DNA of 63,809 nucleotides, the filler included, from Choristocarpus tenellus KU-1152 (Eukaryota > Protista > Phaeophyceae), in NCBI GenBank assembly GCA_964200185.2. It is 12 parts of 12 records of this genome, joined end to end, with 100 filler letters (N's around TTAATTAATTAA, not from the genome) between each part and the next. Parts side by side here need not be neighbours in the genome. Positions count along the whole stretch, not along the records: positions 22,988 to 26,378 come from CAXNAD020020348.1; positions 26,479 to 29,767 come from CAXNAD020021007.1; positions 29,868 to 33,279 come from CAXNAD020020213.1; positions 33,380 to 36,667 come from CAXNAD020021018.1; positions 36,768 to 41,632 come from CAXNAD020012739.1; 7 more parts are not named here. One strand, given 5' to 3'. The notes under the pieces were generated by a model. That model did not search any database, was not told where the DNA came from, and saw only the letters and a program-made list of their open reading frames with translations. Both the position numbers and the translations under genes were made by a program. Shown here in pieces: positions 26,173-39,344 of this stretch. Position 1 is the first letter of the stretch; every line of letters begins with the position of its first letter.

Positions 26173-26857
26173 TGGACACTGGGAGGAACCTTTTGCACAC
26201 GTGTTCAGTTATCTGGAATGACGTTCTATTGTTGTTTCACTGCATAGTATGCTAGATTCATTTCTCCTTTTTGTTGATCTTCTGAAAATGAAGGGGATGT
26301 GACGTACGTCCCCTTCCCCTCCCCCCTCCCCCCTCCCCTAACTATGGTTACTTTTTTTTAGTCTATATTTTACGGCGCNNNNNNNNNNNNNNNNNNNNNN
26401 NNNNNNNNNNNNNNNNNNNNNNTTAATTAATTAANNNNNNNNNNNNNNNNNNNNNNNNNNNNNNNNNNNNNNNNNNNNCATGTGGGTCTCGGCGTGGTTG
26501 CACATTACACAGACACACAAGTCGTCTCTGCGTGTTTCTTTTCGCGTTGGTTTGCACATAGGTCTTGGCTGCTTGTACATCATGTGGATTGCTCGTCCTT
26601 TGTACCTTGGATGTGTCGTTTTCTTGGAGGGTTCCATGGGCCATGGAACTTAATGTTTTGACGTCTACCCTCCTTCCACGAGATGTATCCGATGAGTCTG
26701 GCGTTGTGGAGGGTACGGCCTGACATTTTGGAGGTGCCGTGGAAATATTGTCAGGAACTCACTTAATGAAAAGATTGCCTGGACCGTAGCTTACTACGCC
26801 GCCCTTCTTGTCGTGCTGTCTGTCTACTGTGTGTTGTGTGTCATGATGTCCAAGCAG

Positions 26858-28980
26858 GAGTGAGAACATTGCAATACACGACCTTCGCCCTCTCAACCCT
26901 ACGGTATCCTTAGACAAACTTGGTGATTTCGCCTTCCGCAACGCGCCAAAGCTCGCCATAGTGTCCATTGCCGCCGAGCCAAGACTCCTCATCGACGAAG
27001 AGGCGACCAACACACAACTGCGCGAGGTGCTTCAGTGCTTGCGGCCTAAGATGCATCTTCTGGGCACCATCGCGCTCATTGTGCCCCACCTGTGGAAGGT
27101 GCAATTACACCGCCTAGTAGGTAAGTTGCAGAGTTCACAAGTGCTGGAATACGGGGTATATTGCGGGAGACTGATGCGATCCGCCATGGCCGTTATCATT
27201 CCGTCCGTGTGCCGATCGAATATTGTGCGACCGTTCAGGAGATGTGGATTAGGTCGTGTGTATTCCTTTTTCACTTCCCCATGTTGTTTCATGCCCTTCG
27301 TACCTTCTACTTCCTTTCGTGTCGCTTGCTCTTTCCCCCCGGCAACTATGTACTTCTTTGTTTCATTGTCCACGAATCACATGCTGGCATTACTCGTCTT
27401 CACTACATTGTTTTTGCCATATTTACTTCTATTATTACTTTATTTCCTATTGGTTGCAATTTTTGCATTGGTTATTTGCCTTGCGTTCCACACTCATTAT
27501 ACTATTATAATGTTAGTGGTATGAGATTTCATGAATCCCTACGATAACTACTTGGGTGATGTCACTGTGAAGTTTGACGCATGCCGGACCCACGCGCTCG
27601 CTCCGCCTTCTATTCATTCAGAGGCTCTTACTGCGTTGAAGGTGGGCTTGATTGTGGGGGATCATCCCCTAACCCTAATATACAAGACGAGGAGGGGGGT
27701 GCGCCCTCAATTAGGCACAGATAACCATCTCAGATGTTGCCAGGACATGATTCTTCTCGCGCACAACGATGGGACAATGTTCACATGCAATAAGCGAGTC
27801 ACTGTCGACGACACCTTTGGCCACGGGCGTGATGCATCTCCTCCGGTACTCCAAATCGTGTTGGAAGTCAAATACGAAGGTGCTGCAATGGACATCCCCA
27901 TGAAGGCCCTCCACTTCCTCGTTAACAGGTTCGTAATAACGTCACACACATCCTTCTTCACAGAAGCAGCGATTTTTTTTGTATAGGTGTAGGAGATCGT
28001 TAAACAGTAACAGAACGAGCTGGGTGACGGTTCAGGGGCGTCCATCGTCCCACGAGCTTGTTTTCCAAATCGGTACGTTAAGCGCCAAAACGCACCAAGA
28101 GTGTGTTGCCCTGTATCGGAACGTTACTCATACATTGCGACATGATGAATCCGTGCGCAATACAATATACTCCATAGGGATAATTGACGAACTGCCCTCA
28201 TATGATAGGTACACGAAAGCTGGGGACACCATCGTCTCCTACAGCGCAGAGAGGCACAATGTGGTGGAGGCGGCCCTTGAACGGAGCAGGAGGGTGGAAG
28301 TGTTCGTGTCCAACGTGACATCAAAGGACGAGGTGAAAGAGAAGATGGACACGTCCATCGGCCAAGCCTACAAGGACGGCAAGTGGAAGGTAAGAAGGAT
28401 GTGCTGGCTTTTTTTTCCCATTACTTTCCAACTTGTTGTCTGTCTTCGTTCCCTACGGATAGGTCTCGGGCGTGCAATTGTACTGGTGATGTTTCCTTGT
28501 AGATGTTTACACGTTGCCAACAGAGTGCACGCAGTTACCCACACCACCGCTGGAAATCGTGAGTCCCCAAGACTTTGATGTGATTGTTGGTACGTCATCA
28601 TGTCCTCCTTCCCCGCACGAACAAAAAACAAACGTGCTGCAGTACACCACAACATCTTTAACCAACGCCGGAATACCCCATACATATGTGACAAAACCTT
28701 ATCGCATGGCTAACCCACTTCACTGCCACATTGTTAAGCTATCACATGTACGCATATGATGCTGCAAGTATCCACGTCTCTCGCTCAAGAACGCGTGATA
28801 GGCCCTTCCTGCCTGCCGGAAGCCTTGGGGCAGACCCTCGTCCCAACGGAGATGCAGCGATGTTTTGCTGAGGCCGTCCATCCTCAGGGAAAGGGAATGG
28901 GACGCGATGAGGCGACCATTTTCGTTGCGAAGACGGTGGCGACGGACTTCGGCTACCAGATCGAGGTGAATGTGGTATAG
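26858..28980 (+). CDS. Orphan multi-exon gene (or young pseudogene) on a CpG-rich contig
   Basis: Consecutive same-strand ORFs (26961, 27531, 27979, 28514, 28756) are separated by short T-rich segments. Intron 27929-27986 is GT-AG and phase-compatible; other junctions are unresolved. No recognisable domain. Confidence 0.5.
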
Positions 28981-29327
28981 AATGCGCTAAGTTACGTATT
29001 TTGTGAAGATCGAACGGCAGAGTTTAGTTACCAGCACCCAGAAAATACTATTTTTTTTATTCCCGAGTCCTAAATACGTCGTGTACAAAAATATAGGCCT
29101 TACAGGTAAGTATTGCATCAGTAGTGTGTTCGACCTTTTGCCACAATAAGGTTGCCGTTTTTGCACCACCTTCTTCAGACGATATTACCTCCAAATCACG
29201 AACATTCATGAATCGCCGTACTCTCCCCCCCCCCCTTCAACACCCCTCGACCCCACCCAACCCATCCGCCGTCTTTGTCTTCCGCAATATTCAGCCGCGT
29301 GCAAGCTCGTCCTCGAATCCCGCGGAA

Positions 29328-29767
29328 ATGGCCTTGTTCCCACTTGAAGGGAAATACTACGAAGTCGGCGGAAATGACCTCCCTGCGTGGGGTGATCTCG
29401 AAGTGTGCAACTCTCAATCAGAGGCCTTCAGTTCGATCTCCCCTGAAGACCAAGAAGAACAGTACATTCGTCTACTTCATGTGGTCAACAACAGACAACT
29501 CAAGCGCATGCTTTTGCCTGGAATGGAGGTGTGTGGGCCGGGCACAGAGCTCTACTTGCGCATGGCAGCCACTTGCCCTCTGTACTACATGCGTTGGACC
29601 AAGAAGGCAGACGACGCAAACATCGAATTCACGTCAAAAGTGCCGCAGAGTGGAAGCCGTCAACAGGTCCTCCTCCCCTTCTCCCAGGTTGGCCCCGGAC
29701 AGATGTTCGTCACGCCCGTGGTCGGGAGGGTGTGCAAACCCCGGGCAAAGAATGACACGAGATCACC
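29328..29767 (+). CDS. 5' part of a second orphan gene (MALFPLEGKYYEV...), truncated by contig end
   Basis: Open frame of about 146 codons from the ATG at 29328, with strong coding-like C/G-ending codon use. Confidence 0.55.
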
Positions 29768-32700
29768 NNNNNNNNNNNNNNNNNNNNNNNNNNNNNNNNN
29801 NNNNNNNNNNNTTAATTAATTAANNNNNNNNNNNNNNNNNNNNNNNNNNNNNNNNNNNNNNNNNNNNCCCGCGCCTTCCTCAATTTTGAGATTCCCCTGT
29901 TAATTGTACAACAAGACCACATTTATGTACCTATATTTGACCAGATAGTGCTCTAGATTATTGCTGAATAGTATACAGCCTGCTGCTGCTGCTGCTGTAG
30001 CTGCGGCTGTGCTCAAAGCAATCTCCTCATTTGCCTTGCTTCACTTGACACAAATAATAGGATGCATTGGTGTAATGTTTCTTCTTCGCGCCTTGACTAG
30101 TCTTTACTATTTCGCCTCCCCAGCTGCCAGCAAAAACATCGTGTTCTGCTCCACCTGGTGGAGTCTACAGTTGCATATAGTTGCTTGAAACAGATGCTCC
30201 GCCTGTTGTGTGCCTGTGAATTTTCTGTGTGCAGCATGTATTGGCTGGGTGATGCTCTTCAAGTCTTGGAAGGCCTATTAGACATGCGAATCATAGATGG
30301 AATCTTTCATACATCTGTTACTTCCATCCCTTTTATGTGCGTTCAATGCGTGACCATCTGCTTCCGTGGAACAGCGGTATTCAATAGTTGACCTTCAACG
30401 TACAATTAATATACTAAATCAGCTGGTACTCAATGACTAAAAGAGAGAGAACCGTTTCTAAGATGAGAGCTTCATACTTACACACAAAAATACATATTCC
30501 CTGCACACGCATGTACTTCTTACTGTCTGGTACAACCTACACCCGTTTCTTGTCATGAGTTTTGTTCTTTTAAAAAGTAGTAGTGGAATAAGCCACACCA
30601 ACGTGTAACAGGTAGGCAGATACAGATTGCTGTTAAACCATATCAGCAATAACACTAACACTATGATGAGAATTATATACCACATACACAGGGTAGCAAC
30701 GACAACATTAGTAGCAGTACCCTATTTTTGCATGACTACAGTTACTCTATCCCAATATGAACTCTGAAAGTCCTATTGTTGTTTTCGTTGACCTCTGACT
30801 CATGGACGAGAAAGGGGAAGACAAGACGTTACTTTAGGTGCTTACAATAAAGACATGCATATAGCTTTTTTCAAGGGTTGTATTCGTGACATGCTCAAGG
30901 TAGAAGGAAGGATAGAGTGAACTGGGAAAGCGTTGGGATAAAATATCTGTCACTACTAGCACTAGAGGAGACTGTGGGTAAGAATGTACTCTTGATGTGT
31001 ATTATGCGTTCACTATTTCTCAACGCACAAAGTTTGATCTTCGTTTTCAATCAAAGTCAGTGCACATATTACTGGAAGGAGTAAATCCCTGTGGACTTTA
31101 CCTGTGTTGATTGGAAGGACTAAATTGCATCTAGAGAATGACTAACTTGTGAAAGGGTCAGGGCAGCGGAGGAGAACACGGTGAGGTTTCTATTGATTAG
31201 GACTGAAGAAATGGGACCCAGTTGAATGGTACTTATACTCTTACTTAGACATCATCAATTATTTGCTTGCTTGTAGAAGATGACTTTGTAATTTAATTGT
31301 TGTGAGCAAGGAAATTGATACGATCAAAATTGGAGCTAGCACTGTCACAACACAACATTCTTCTTTTCCGTGTATTTGTACTGTATGTACGATATATGAA
31401 ATGCTGCTAAGACGTGGCAAATCCCCTCATCATGCATCGTCGCAGAGGACACAGAGATTGCTCCTTGTGTACTTCACACAATATATATATATTGTGGTTT
31501 CTTGATCTGGTGGCATGTACAAAAGCATTTAGTTCTCTGAAGTGGTTCGTAACTTTCAAGCCCGACAGCAGACAATATCCGGAACTTCTGAACACATCTA
31601 CTTCCACCTATGTTAAATACGTGTTCCTCACTAAGTCCAAGAACTCACTAAACTTTCCTGTCAGGCGTGTTGGGAAAAAAGCGGCAGTAATATTAAACCA
31701 GGTACACTCAAACGTGGCAGACGCAAAAAACACTGACTCTGTTGAGTTGGGATTATCGACATGTATATTATGTTGTACTTCAGTATAGAGCATTCCAAGT
31801 AGGCATGTAGAGAAAATGTACATAGTACTTGCTATTAAAGAGTTGCAGAGTATGAAGTACTCCAGGTGTACTAAATAGTTTCATGTACTTCAAGCATTTA
31901 CGTTTCTTGCTGTCGTACGAGAAGATCAACCCTTTGAGTCCCCGATTTGTATTTCACGCTGCAGTATGAAGTGGTCTGGCTAGGGTTCATACTGAGACTC
32001 TATACTACTCTTATTAGCAGTTAGGAACACATAAGACTACACTGAAAAATTACATCATTTGTAAGCTGTAGTGTATCACCAGACGCATCCTTCCTGTACA
32101 CCACAATGATTTGGAGCTGAACGATTTGCAGGTTTTGTAGGCATTTTCTTTGTGTACGTCCTCAATCACCTGGGATATTGATGCAGACCAGCCAGTCAGC
32201 CCATGGGTAGTTAGGTGTACTTAGAAGAGATACTCGATCATCACATAGTTTGTAGTGTTTTTTTTTTATCAATACCTATTGCAGGCAACCGCAACGAAAT
32301 ATTTTGTTTTTAATCTCCACAACATGGATAATGTGCCTGTATACATGAAGAATACGGGAGTACAAACTGAGCATTGCTCCGCTCTGCAACAGCACTAGAA
32401 TCTTATTTACTTGTGAAAATGCTAGGGTGGGTGAAGACAGATTTGGATGTTGCACTTGTCTCTGCAATCATACCGTGGTACCAAGTACCTCTCAAGAATA
32501 GTCTAAACAAAAATTTACTACATACTGTACATGATTACTACTGCAGTGTCAGTGCAAAGAACATACTCCGGAGTACTAGTATATGTGAACCCTGGGGCAT
32601 GCCCAGTGAGTGGAGTGTAGGACACTGCCCCAGACCCCCTTTTTATATCAAACCTGTTCGTTCATACACCGATGTACTTCAAGTAAAATAATGAACAACC

Positions 32701-33379
32701 ACGCCACCCAGTGATGTTGGGCGGAAAACCTCAAGTATAAAGAGTGTGTGTCTTGGAGACTTGGCCTTTGTGTCTGGAGTAGCTACCGATGTGCATGTAG
32801 TCCATGCACTTGATCAATGCAGTCATTCGAATTTCGATTGGCACAAGAAAAGTTCAATTTGGAATGACACTTGCTTGTAGTTAAAGAGAAAAAGCAGCCC
32901 CCTCCTCTGCTATGGATATGTGCAGTAGGCAGAATGAGCCGAGGAGGAAAAGAGGGGGTGAGTAATCACACCCTATGCGAGGCATTGCGAACCTTACAAA
33001 ATCGTATTAGCTCACAGCAGGTGCCCTTTGCCTGCCCTGCATCCTAGCCTTGAGGTTCGACAAGTTGCCTTCCCCCCCACCATGATGACTTTCTGCGCTT
33101 GCCAACACACTGTGGGGCGTCGCATCCAGCATGGTACCGCCGCCTTGTATGCTGCTGCCAACCCCCCCCCATCCCCTTCCCCTACCCCCCCCCCCGCCCC
33201 CCCCCCTTACACCCCCTCCAGGGCCCCCCCCCCTTTTAAACGACCGTGCCCGCTGTGCGGGGAGACCCACCCTTACCTTNNNNNNNNNNNNNNNNNNNNN
33301 NNNNNNNNNNNNNNNNNNNNNNNTTAATTAATTAANNNNNNNNNNNNNNNNNNNNNNNNNNNNNNNNNNNNNNNNNNNN

Positions 33380-33455
33380 TAACCAAACCCATAGGAAGCC
33401 AAGTCCCAAATGGACAAACAGGGCAAAACTCGTACCCTCTAAGATAATTTCACTC
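33380..33455 (+). mobile_element. MITE family A right end, inserted into Gypsy pol
   Basis: ...CGTACCCTCTAAGATAATTTCACTC. Confidence 0.85.
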
Positions 33456-36400
33456 TTCAGCTAGGGTACATCTGCCTAGTTCTGCTGCATTCAACGAAAA
33501 TACCGATCTATAACGAGCACAGAGGTCTAAAAGTTAAGACACTTGCGACTGATTGAACGTGATATCTTTGAATGCGTTTGACTTGGTGAAGGCTTGATAT
33601 AACTCCTCTCTAGCTTTACTGAATGGAACAGAATCAGTATTTAGAGCACTTAACAGTAATTGGTACCTAATCTGAAATAGGGGTTAAGTGACCTATCACA
33701 AGATGCTTCCTGATACGTACTTTCCGTGTTGTTGGATTTGCCATTTGAACCAATACTGATCTGTTACTTGCTGACCAAGTACTGAGAGTGCGAGCAGCTA
33801 CGATACGATTCCATGGATGTGTAGGTTCAGTGGTTTGATCTACAGCAGGCATGGAGTGTACGACTGGCTCCACTACAACGGCAGTATCCAATGACGGACT
33901 AGTATCAGTGGTGCAACGTACGATTATTTCATGACCAGCTGGTATGTTATACTGTTTATGTACACGAACAGGTACACGGCCAAAATCATGTTGCACACTC
34001 ACCACAGAACACGAAGGAGTTGTACTTGTTTCACGTACTTGAGTGGGGCTCCTTGTCATGAATGTCTTGCTGAAATGGTACACGAACTGTTGTGAAATGA
34101 AAGGCGTTGTTCTTGCCAATCAAGGAATGCACCGAATGCCTGCATAACACTATTATCAAGCAGAATTATATCGGGACCAAGTTGGGGAATCACTAAAGCT
34201 TCAACTGGCAATGTGGTGTCACCAAGTGTAAGTGCAAAACGAATAAATCCACGAATATGCAAAGGTGAACCATTTGCTGCACGTAGATTTATTGCACCAG
34301 GTGGGACAGGATGCACATCAAAACGTTTCAGTTGAGGGTGATTGCGAACAAATATTTCAGAAATACATGGTACATCACTGGCTGTGTCAATTGTCAAGTC
34401 ATTTTCTTCTTGTTCTTCAACGGTGCCAGATACACGAACTCTTTGTGATAAAATCGACAAAGGTTTGGGCATGGCTGGATATCTGCACAAAGAATTGTGA
34501 ACCAAGTTTCATTATTATTACACGAGTTTGGTTGAACTACTGGCAAAGAAAAATGCTTAGTGACACGCTTGCAGGCAATAAACGATGCCTGCGGGGCAAG
34601 AGGTACGACTGGTGTCAACCTCTGACGCTTGCCACTCCCTACGATGGTGACACCAACAACACCATGGCTGTTCCCAAGTGGACAGGAGTCAAATCCACCT
34701 GGGCACCCCTAGGGACGCGGACCATAATGGCCAGGTATTGAATGACTGTCCTCACGAACACGAACACAACTTCCACGACCCCTGCCTCTATGACGCAATG
34801 TGGCAAACGAGCACCCCACGGATTGTCTAGGCATGACTGGGTTGTGTGACCCTCACGAGTCGCTGCCTGGCAACCCGGGTACTGGCACACACTATTTTGC
34901 TGATCCATGGTGTACGGCGAGTTGAACGGTGACGCTGAATAGGGCGACGTGTCTTGTGGTCGCATTGGTCTGTCAGTGTCCCCAGCTTTGGGAGGTGGAC
35001 TCGTCGACGACCGAGCTGGGACCCTGTTGAGGGGTACCTCCCCTGCTCGGTGACGTCCCACCTCCGTACATAGCCGTTGGCACTCTCGTTGCACTTGCTC
35101 GAGTTCGCTACGGGGAACCTGTCCATGACGAGAGTTATGGGTCACAGCGCTCGTGTAAGTTGTCATTGGGTTGGAGTTATTGCCAGACAAATGGTTAGCT
35201 TCATGCCGTTTTGCACGGTCACGAGCTTGGGCAAACGAGGTGGCGGGTTCGTCCCGAATCTGTTCAAGACAAATCGCAGGGAGTAAGCCATCTTCCATCA
35301 GTGTTATCTTTAGTTGCTCGACAAGCAAAGCTTTCGTGTCAACTGCATCTGAGGACGACTTTGTGTGATGAACATCATCTAGAAATCGATTCATGGCTGT
35401 GGTGCAACGTATAGTATATTGGTCCACCGATTCATTCTCCCCCTGTTTCAGAAACATTAGTCAACGGGCTGATACACTTACAGCGTGGGCAGGAGTAAAC
35501 GCGGTGATCAGGGCTTTCTGGACATCATCCCAAGTCTTTGGGGGTGTAATGGGGACGGGGATGTCAAGAGACGATTGCAAACAAGCCAAATCACTTGTTG
35601 AACGCCACTCTACTGTGCCCGCCAACGCCTGAAAATAAAACGTTTCAGCTGGTCCTTGAAGAATTTTTGGTAAAACTTCTACACATCAAGCATTGATAGT
35701 CTCAGGGGATGCGGAACCATACTGACTAGAGTGCAAGGAAATCGCCACGTGCCATTTGGAAAACAAGAGTGGTAAATTTTCCTCTCCCGAACCTATAATG
35801 ACAAGACCAGATGGTATTTCCGAAGCGGAAAACCTGAAACGACTCACTTCTGACATTGATGGTGGACGTGTGGCATCACTACTCTGTGGAAGAGGTCTTA
35901 CCTGATCGGAGTCCATTCCCCGAGCTTGCAGCTTCATCAAATCCTGAAGCCATCCAGGAGGCACCGTGTTCGTTCTGGCACACTCATTAACATGGAGCGC
36001 GATGAACAATGGTACAGCATCCCCGAACTGTGCCTGTGAAATGGTCACCTCACAAGTAGTCGAACTTGGGGGTGGGACCGGTTCTTCCTGGAATAGGACC
36101 CGACGAGTGTCACGGTCGCCTGAGCTAACACGATACTCAAGGGTCGACAACACGGGTCTGACATTCACCTGTCGATCTGTGAAAGGGGAAGGGGGGGATC
36201 TATGGCGCCGTTCAGCAAGTGTGGTGGTGCTGGATGACGTGGAGTCAATACTAGAATCATCAGAATCGAGGTGGGTGGAAGACTCCATGTCTTCCATTGA
36301 CTCGTGGTCCTGGGCTTCTTCTGGTGCTCTTGATGGCGACAGATCTGGGGTTCTGCGCTCTTGTGCCCGATGTCTTTCTCTCGATCTTGAGTTCGGCATC

Positions 36401-36667
36401 TTTCCTCCGCGGTCAAACAGAAATGCCTTGTCACCCTATTTCTGAGGACACCGGTGTCGACAATGTGAATCGTGTGATTCTGTGGCGGCGTGGTTCACTC
36501 AGGCAAGGGTGGTGAAGAGAATCACCGGGCAAGATGGACCACACTAACAAGGACGAGCCATGACCGAGGGTACGAGGTTAAGGTTGGTCAAGTGCAATCT
36601 TAGGAGTGATGAGCACCATCAAAGGTGGGGCTCCATCACCACCAGTCAAGACGTGAGAATAAAGTGG
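33456..36667 (-). mobile_element. Ty3/Gypsy LTR retrotransposon 5' half: LTR end, PBS, gag, aspartic protease and pre-RT linker (frameshifted)
   Basis: The LTR-like end ...TCGACA at 36455 is followed by the PBS-like CGGTGTCCTCAGAAATAGGG. Gag has LKQGENESVDQY and a Cys/His knuckle. The protease reads LTIDTASDVPCIS...LRAANGSPLHIRG...DIILLDN, and LLDLCARYRSVFSLNAAELGRC lies just before the RT position. Confidence 0.9.
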
Positions 36668-36767
36668 NNNNNNNNNNNNNNNNNNNNNNNNNNNNNNNNN
36701 NNNNNNNNNNNTTAATTAATTAANNNNNNNNNNNNNNNNNNNNNNNNNNNNNNNNNNNNNNNNNNNN

Positions 36768-38961
36768 CCCTCCCTTCCTGTGCCACAATCTTCAACACGG
36801 TCCTCCTTCCGACCTGCCCCCACTCTCCCCGTGGTATCTTCATTCCAGATCCCCCCTGCCCCTGCATCATCTTCGCTTCTTTGGTTACATGTGTACTCCA
36901 TGCCCAGGGAATCATTCCCCCTATTGCCAGCTCTTTTTCTGACACTGCTGCATTTCTGCACAGCTTGTGCCTGGAGGCCTCTAGTCATCCGATTTGGCAA
37001 TGCTCCAGCAATGGGTGCTGTACTGTTCCCTTTCCTGGGTGTAGGTGGCCGGCCTCTGCGCCCACCACCTAACGCCAGCCTCTGCCCCAACTGATGCCCT
37101 TGTCCTCGCCCCTGCCTACCTCTCAACTCTAAGGACCCAGTTGCAGGATGGTGGTTGCATCCCGATAATTTGACCGCAACCCCAGGGTCACCGGTGACGA
37201 CTGTATGTGGAAAGGTGGCACCCTTCATTGCCATTGTGGTTGCAGCCTTAGAAACAGGTATTGCATCATCATTGGAACGCTTTTGATCCTCCAAGAAACG
37301 TTCAAGGCGGAACCGGGGGGGTCCAACCCCGCCACCATGGATATAGTACGCATTCTGTTGCTGGTGCCTCACCCTGTCTTCCTCTGTCTCCCTTACAAAG
37401 GGATGCTCCAGGAGGTGTGGCCAGGTGAGCCTTTGACGGGGGTCCTTCCGTAGGAGGCCCTGCAGGAACGACTTCAGATCTGGGGATATTCCATCTGGGT
37501 ATTTTACAGGGTCCTTGACGATGTGGTTAATGAGAGAGTATATGGAGTTGGTATAGAAAGGGGGTTGTCCCACCAGGAGTTCGTACAAGATTACCCCAAG
37601 GGACCAGAGGTCCACAGTAAGATTATATGGCTGTTCCTTGACCAGCTCTGGTGCCATGTACAGAGGGGTGCCCTTGATGCTTGTCAGTACAACTGTGTCT
37701 GATGACATTGCCCGGGCAAACCCAAAGTCACACAACTTGACCCGCCCATGTGCTCCTACAAGAATGTTCTGCGGCTTCATATCCCTGTGGATGATGCGGT
37801 TTGAGTGCAGGTAGTGCAGCGCCTGTACCAACTGTTTGGCTATCTTCTGCACTTGGGCCTCTGGGAGGGAATGGTCGTCCTGCAATATCTCAAAGAGCTC
37901 CCCCTTCATATAAACCGACCACCCAAAATCACACACACAAACCCAAAACAAAAAGAAACATTGTGGGGACTCAGTTCAACATGTTTAATGAGAGGTTACC
38001 ATCCGGTGGAAAGAGTGCGAAGCAACGCAATTCCAAGAAAGCTAAACGTGAAATATGAAAAGTAAAAGGTGGAGGGAGTAACATGCGACTGTGCAGACTG
38101 TAGGCAATGCAAACTCCAACACACAGAAGACCACGAATGATCGAGGTGAGAAGGGGGTGGATTACCTGGGCGTACTCTGTGACGACGCAGAACTCGCGAT
38201 CGGTCTCGAATGCATCAAACATAAGGATAATATTCTCATGATTGAGGGTGCGCAGGATAGCAATTTCTTGGCGGAGGTTTCGGATGTCTTTGGCACTCTT
38301 TCCGTGTTTGGATATAAATTTGAGTGCAACAGTCTGCCCAGTGTGCTTCCTCCGGCCTTTGTACACCTATCAGGGCATGGAGTCACCAGTGTATGTGGGT
38401 GACAGGGTGGGTGAAGCATGTGGTGATACTGGACGCTACATAGGAGATTGTACACTATCAAAAACGCAATTCGTACGTACTACAGAAGCACAGGCAACCA
38501 TAGTTGATGGGACAAGCAACACGTTCAGAGAGGCCCAAGAGTGACGTTTAGCGGTTAGGTGCACAATACTTTATGGCTTCCAGCTTAATGGATTGAAGAT
38601 CTCACTCAAGCGGTGCATTAGACCCGTTTTGAGGCGGGGATGCTGCAGGATCTGAGAATAGAGTAGTCACGATTGTCCATTATTGCTTGGAGGTCTACTA
38701 GTACCATTTTACCTCAGGGCTGGGGCCATGTGAAGGGACCCGTTGGAGGATAGTAAACAAATCAATATTTTAAGTCTCTAGAGGCCAAGCCCAACAAGCC
38801 ACACCCATTTTCAGCAAGACCCTCGGGAGACCAAAGCATGAAAACTGGAAGACACCCTCCCTACTCACAATACTCTCCGTGCTCACCTTGCCAAATGATC
38901 CTTCCCCAATTCGCTCGAGAACATGGTATTGACTGAGGGGGTCATCCATGGAATCTTCCAT
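36768..38961 (-). CDS. STK36: Fused/STK36/TIO-family Ser/Thr kinase, 5' part; exons 38961-38887, 38366-38166, 37903-<36768
   Basis: The spliced domain (phase-0 GT-AG introns) reads [14 protein letters not shown]|[24 protein letters not shown]...VVTEYAQ|[10 protein letters not shown]...[10 protein letters not shown]...[12 protein letters not shown]...[21 protein letters not shown]. This is the diagnostic Fused-kinase sequence. Confidence 0.95.
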
Positions 38962-39344
38962 GTCAATCTCACCAGCACAACACCGTTCCCCAGGGCGTCG
39001 TTTTCCTGCCACGTTCCCGAGACAGACTCAGATTCAAAATTGAGGTAACTCTTAGAGAGCTGGCGACCATAGAAGCCGACCTACGAGACTGAGAAGCCAA
39101 TCGCGGTGCCCTGACCAGACACTACTTCCGTACATCCTTCATTGCGCAATAGTGGGCATCCTGCAGGGTCAGGGGACTTCGTTTGGGACGAAAAAGTAGT
39201 AGACAGATGTGGGGATGAGTATTGACGAGTTGTACAAGATTTTGTACCCTAATTCGGTGTACTACCCGATTTTGTCTCACTGAGAACTTGGCACACAACG
39301 CGCGCGCCTTGACGTCAAAAAACGAAAAACAGAGAACCTCAATA

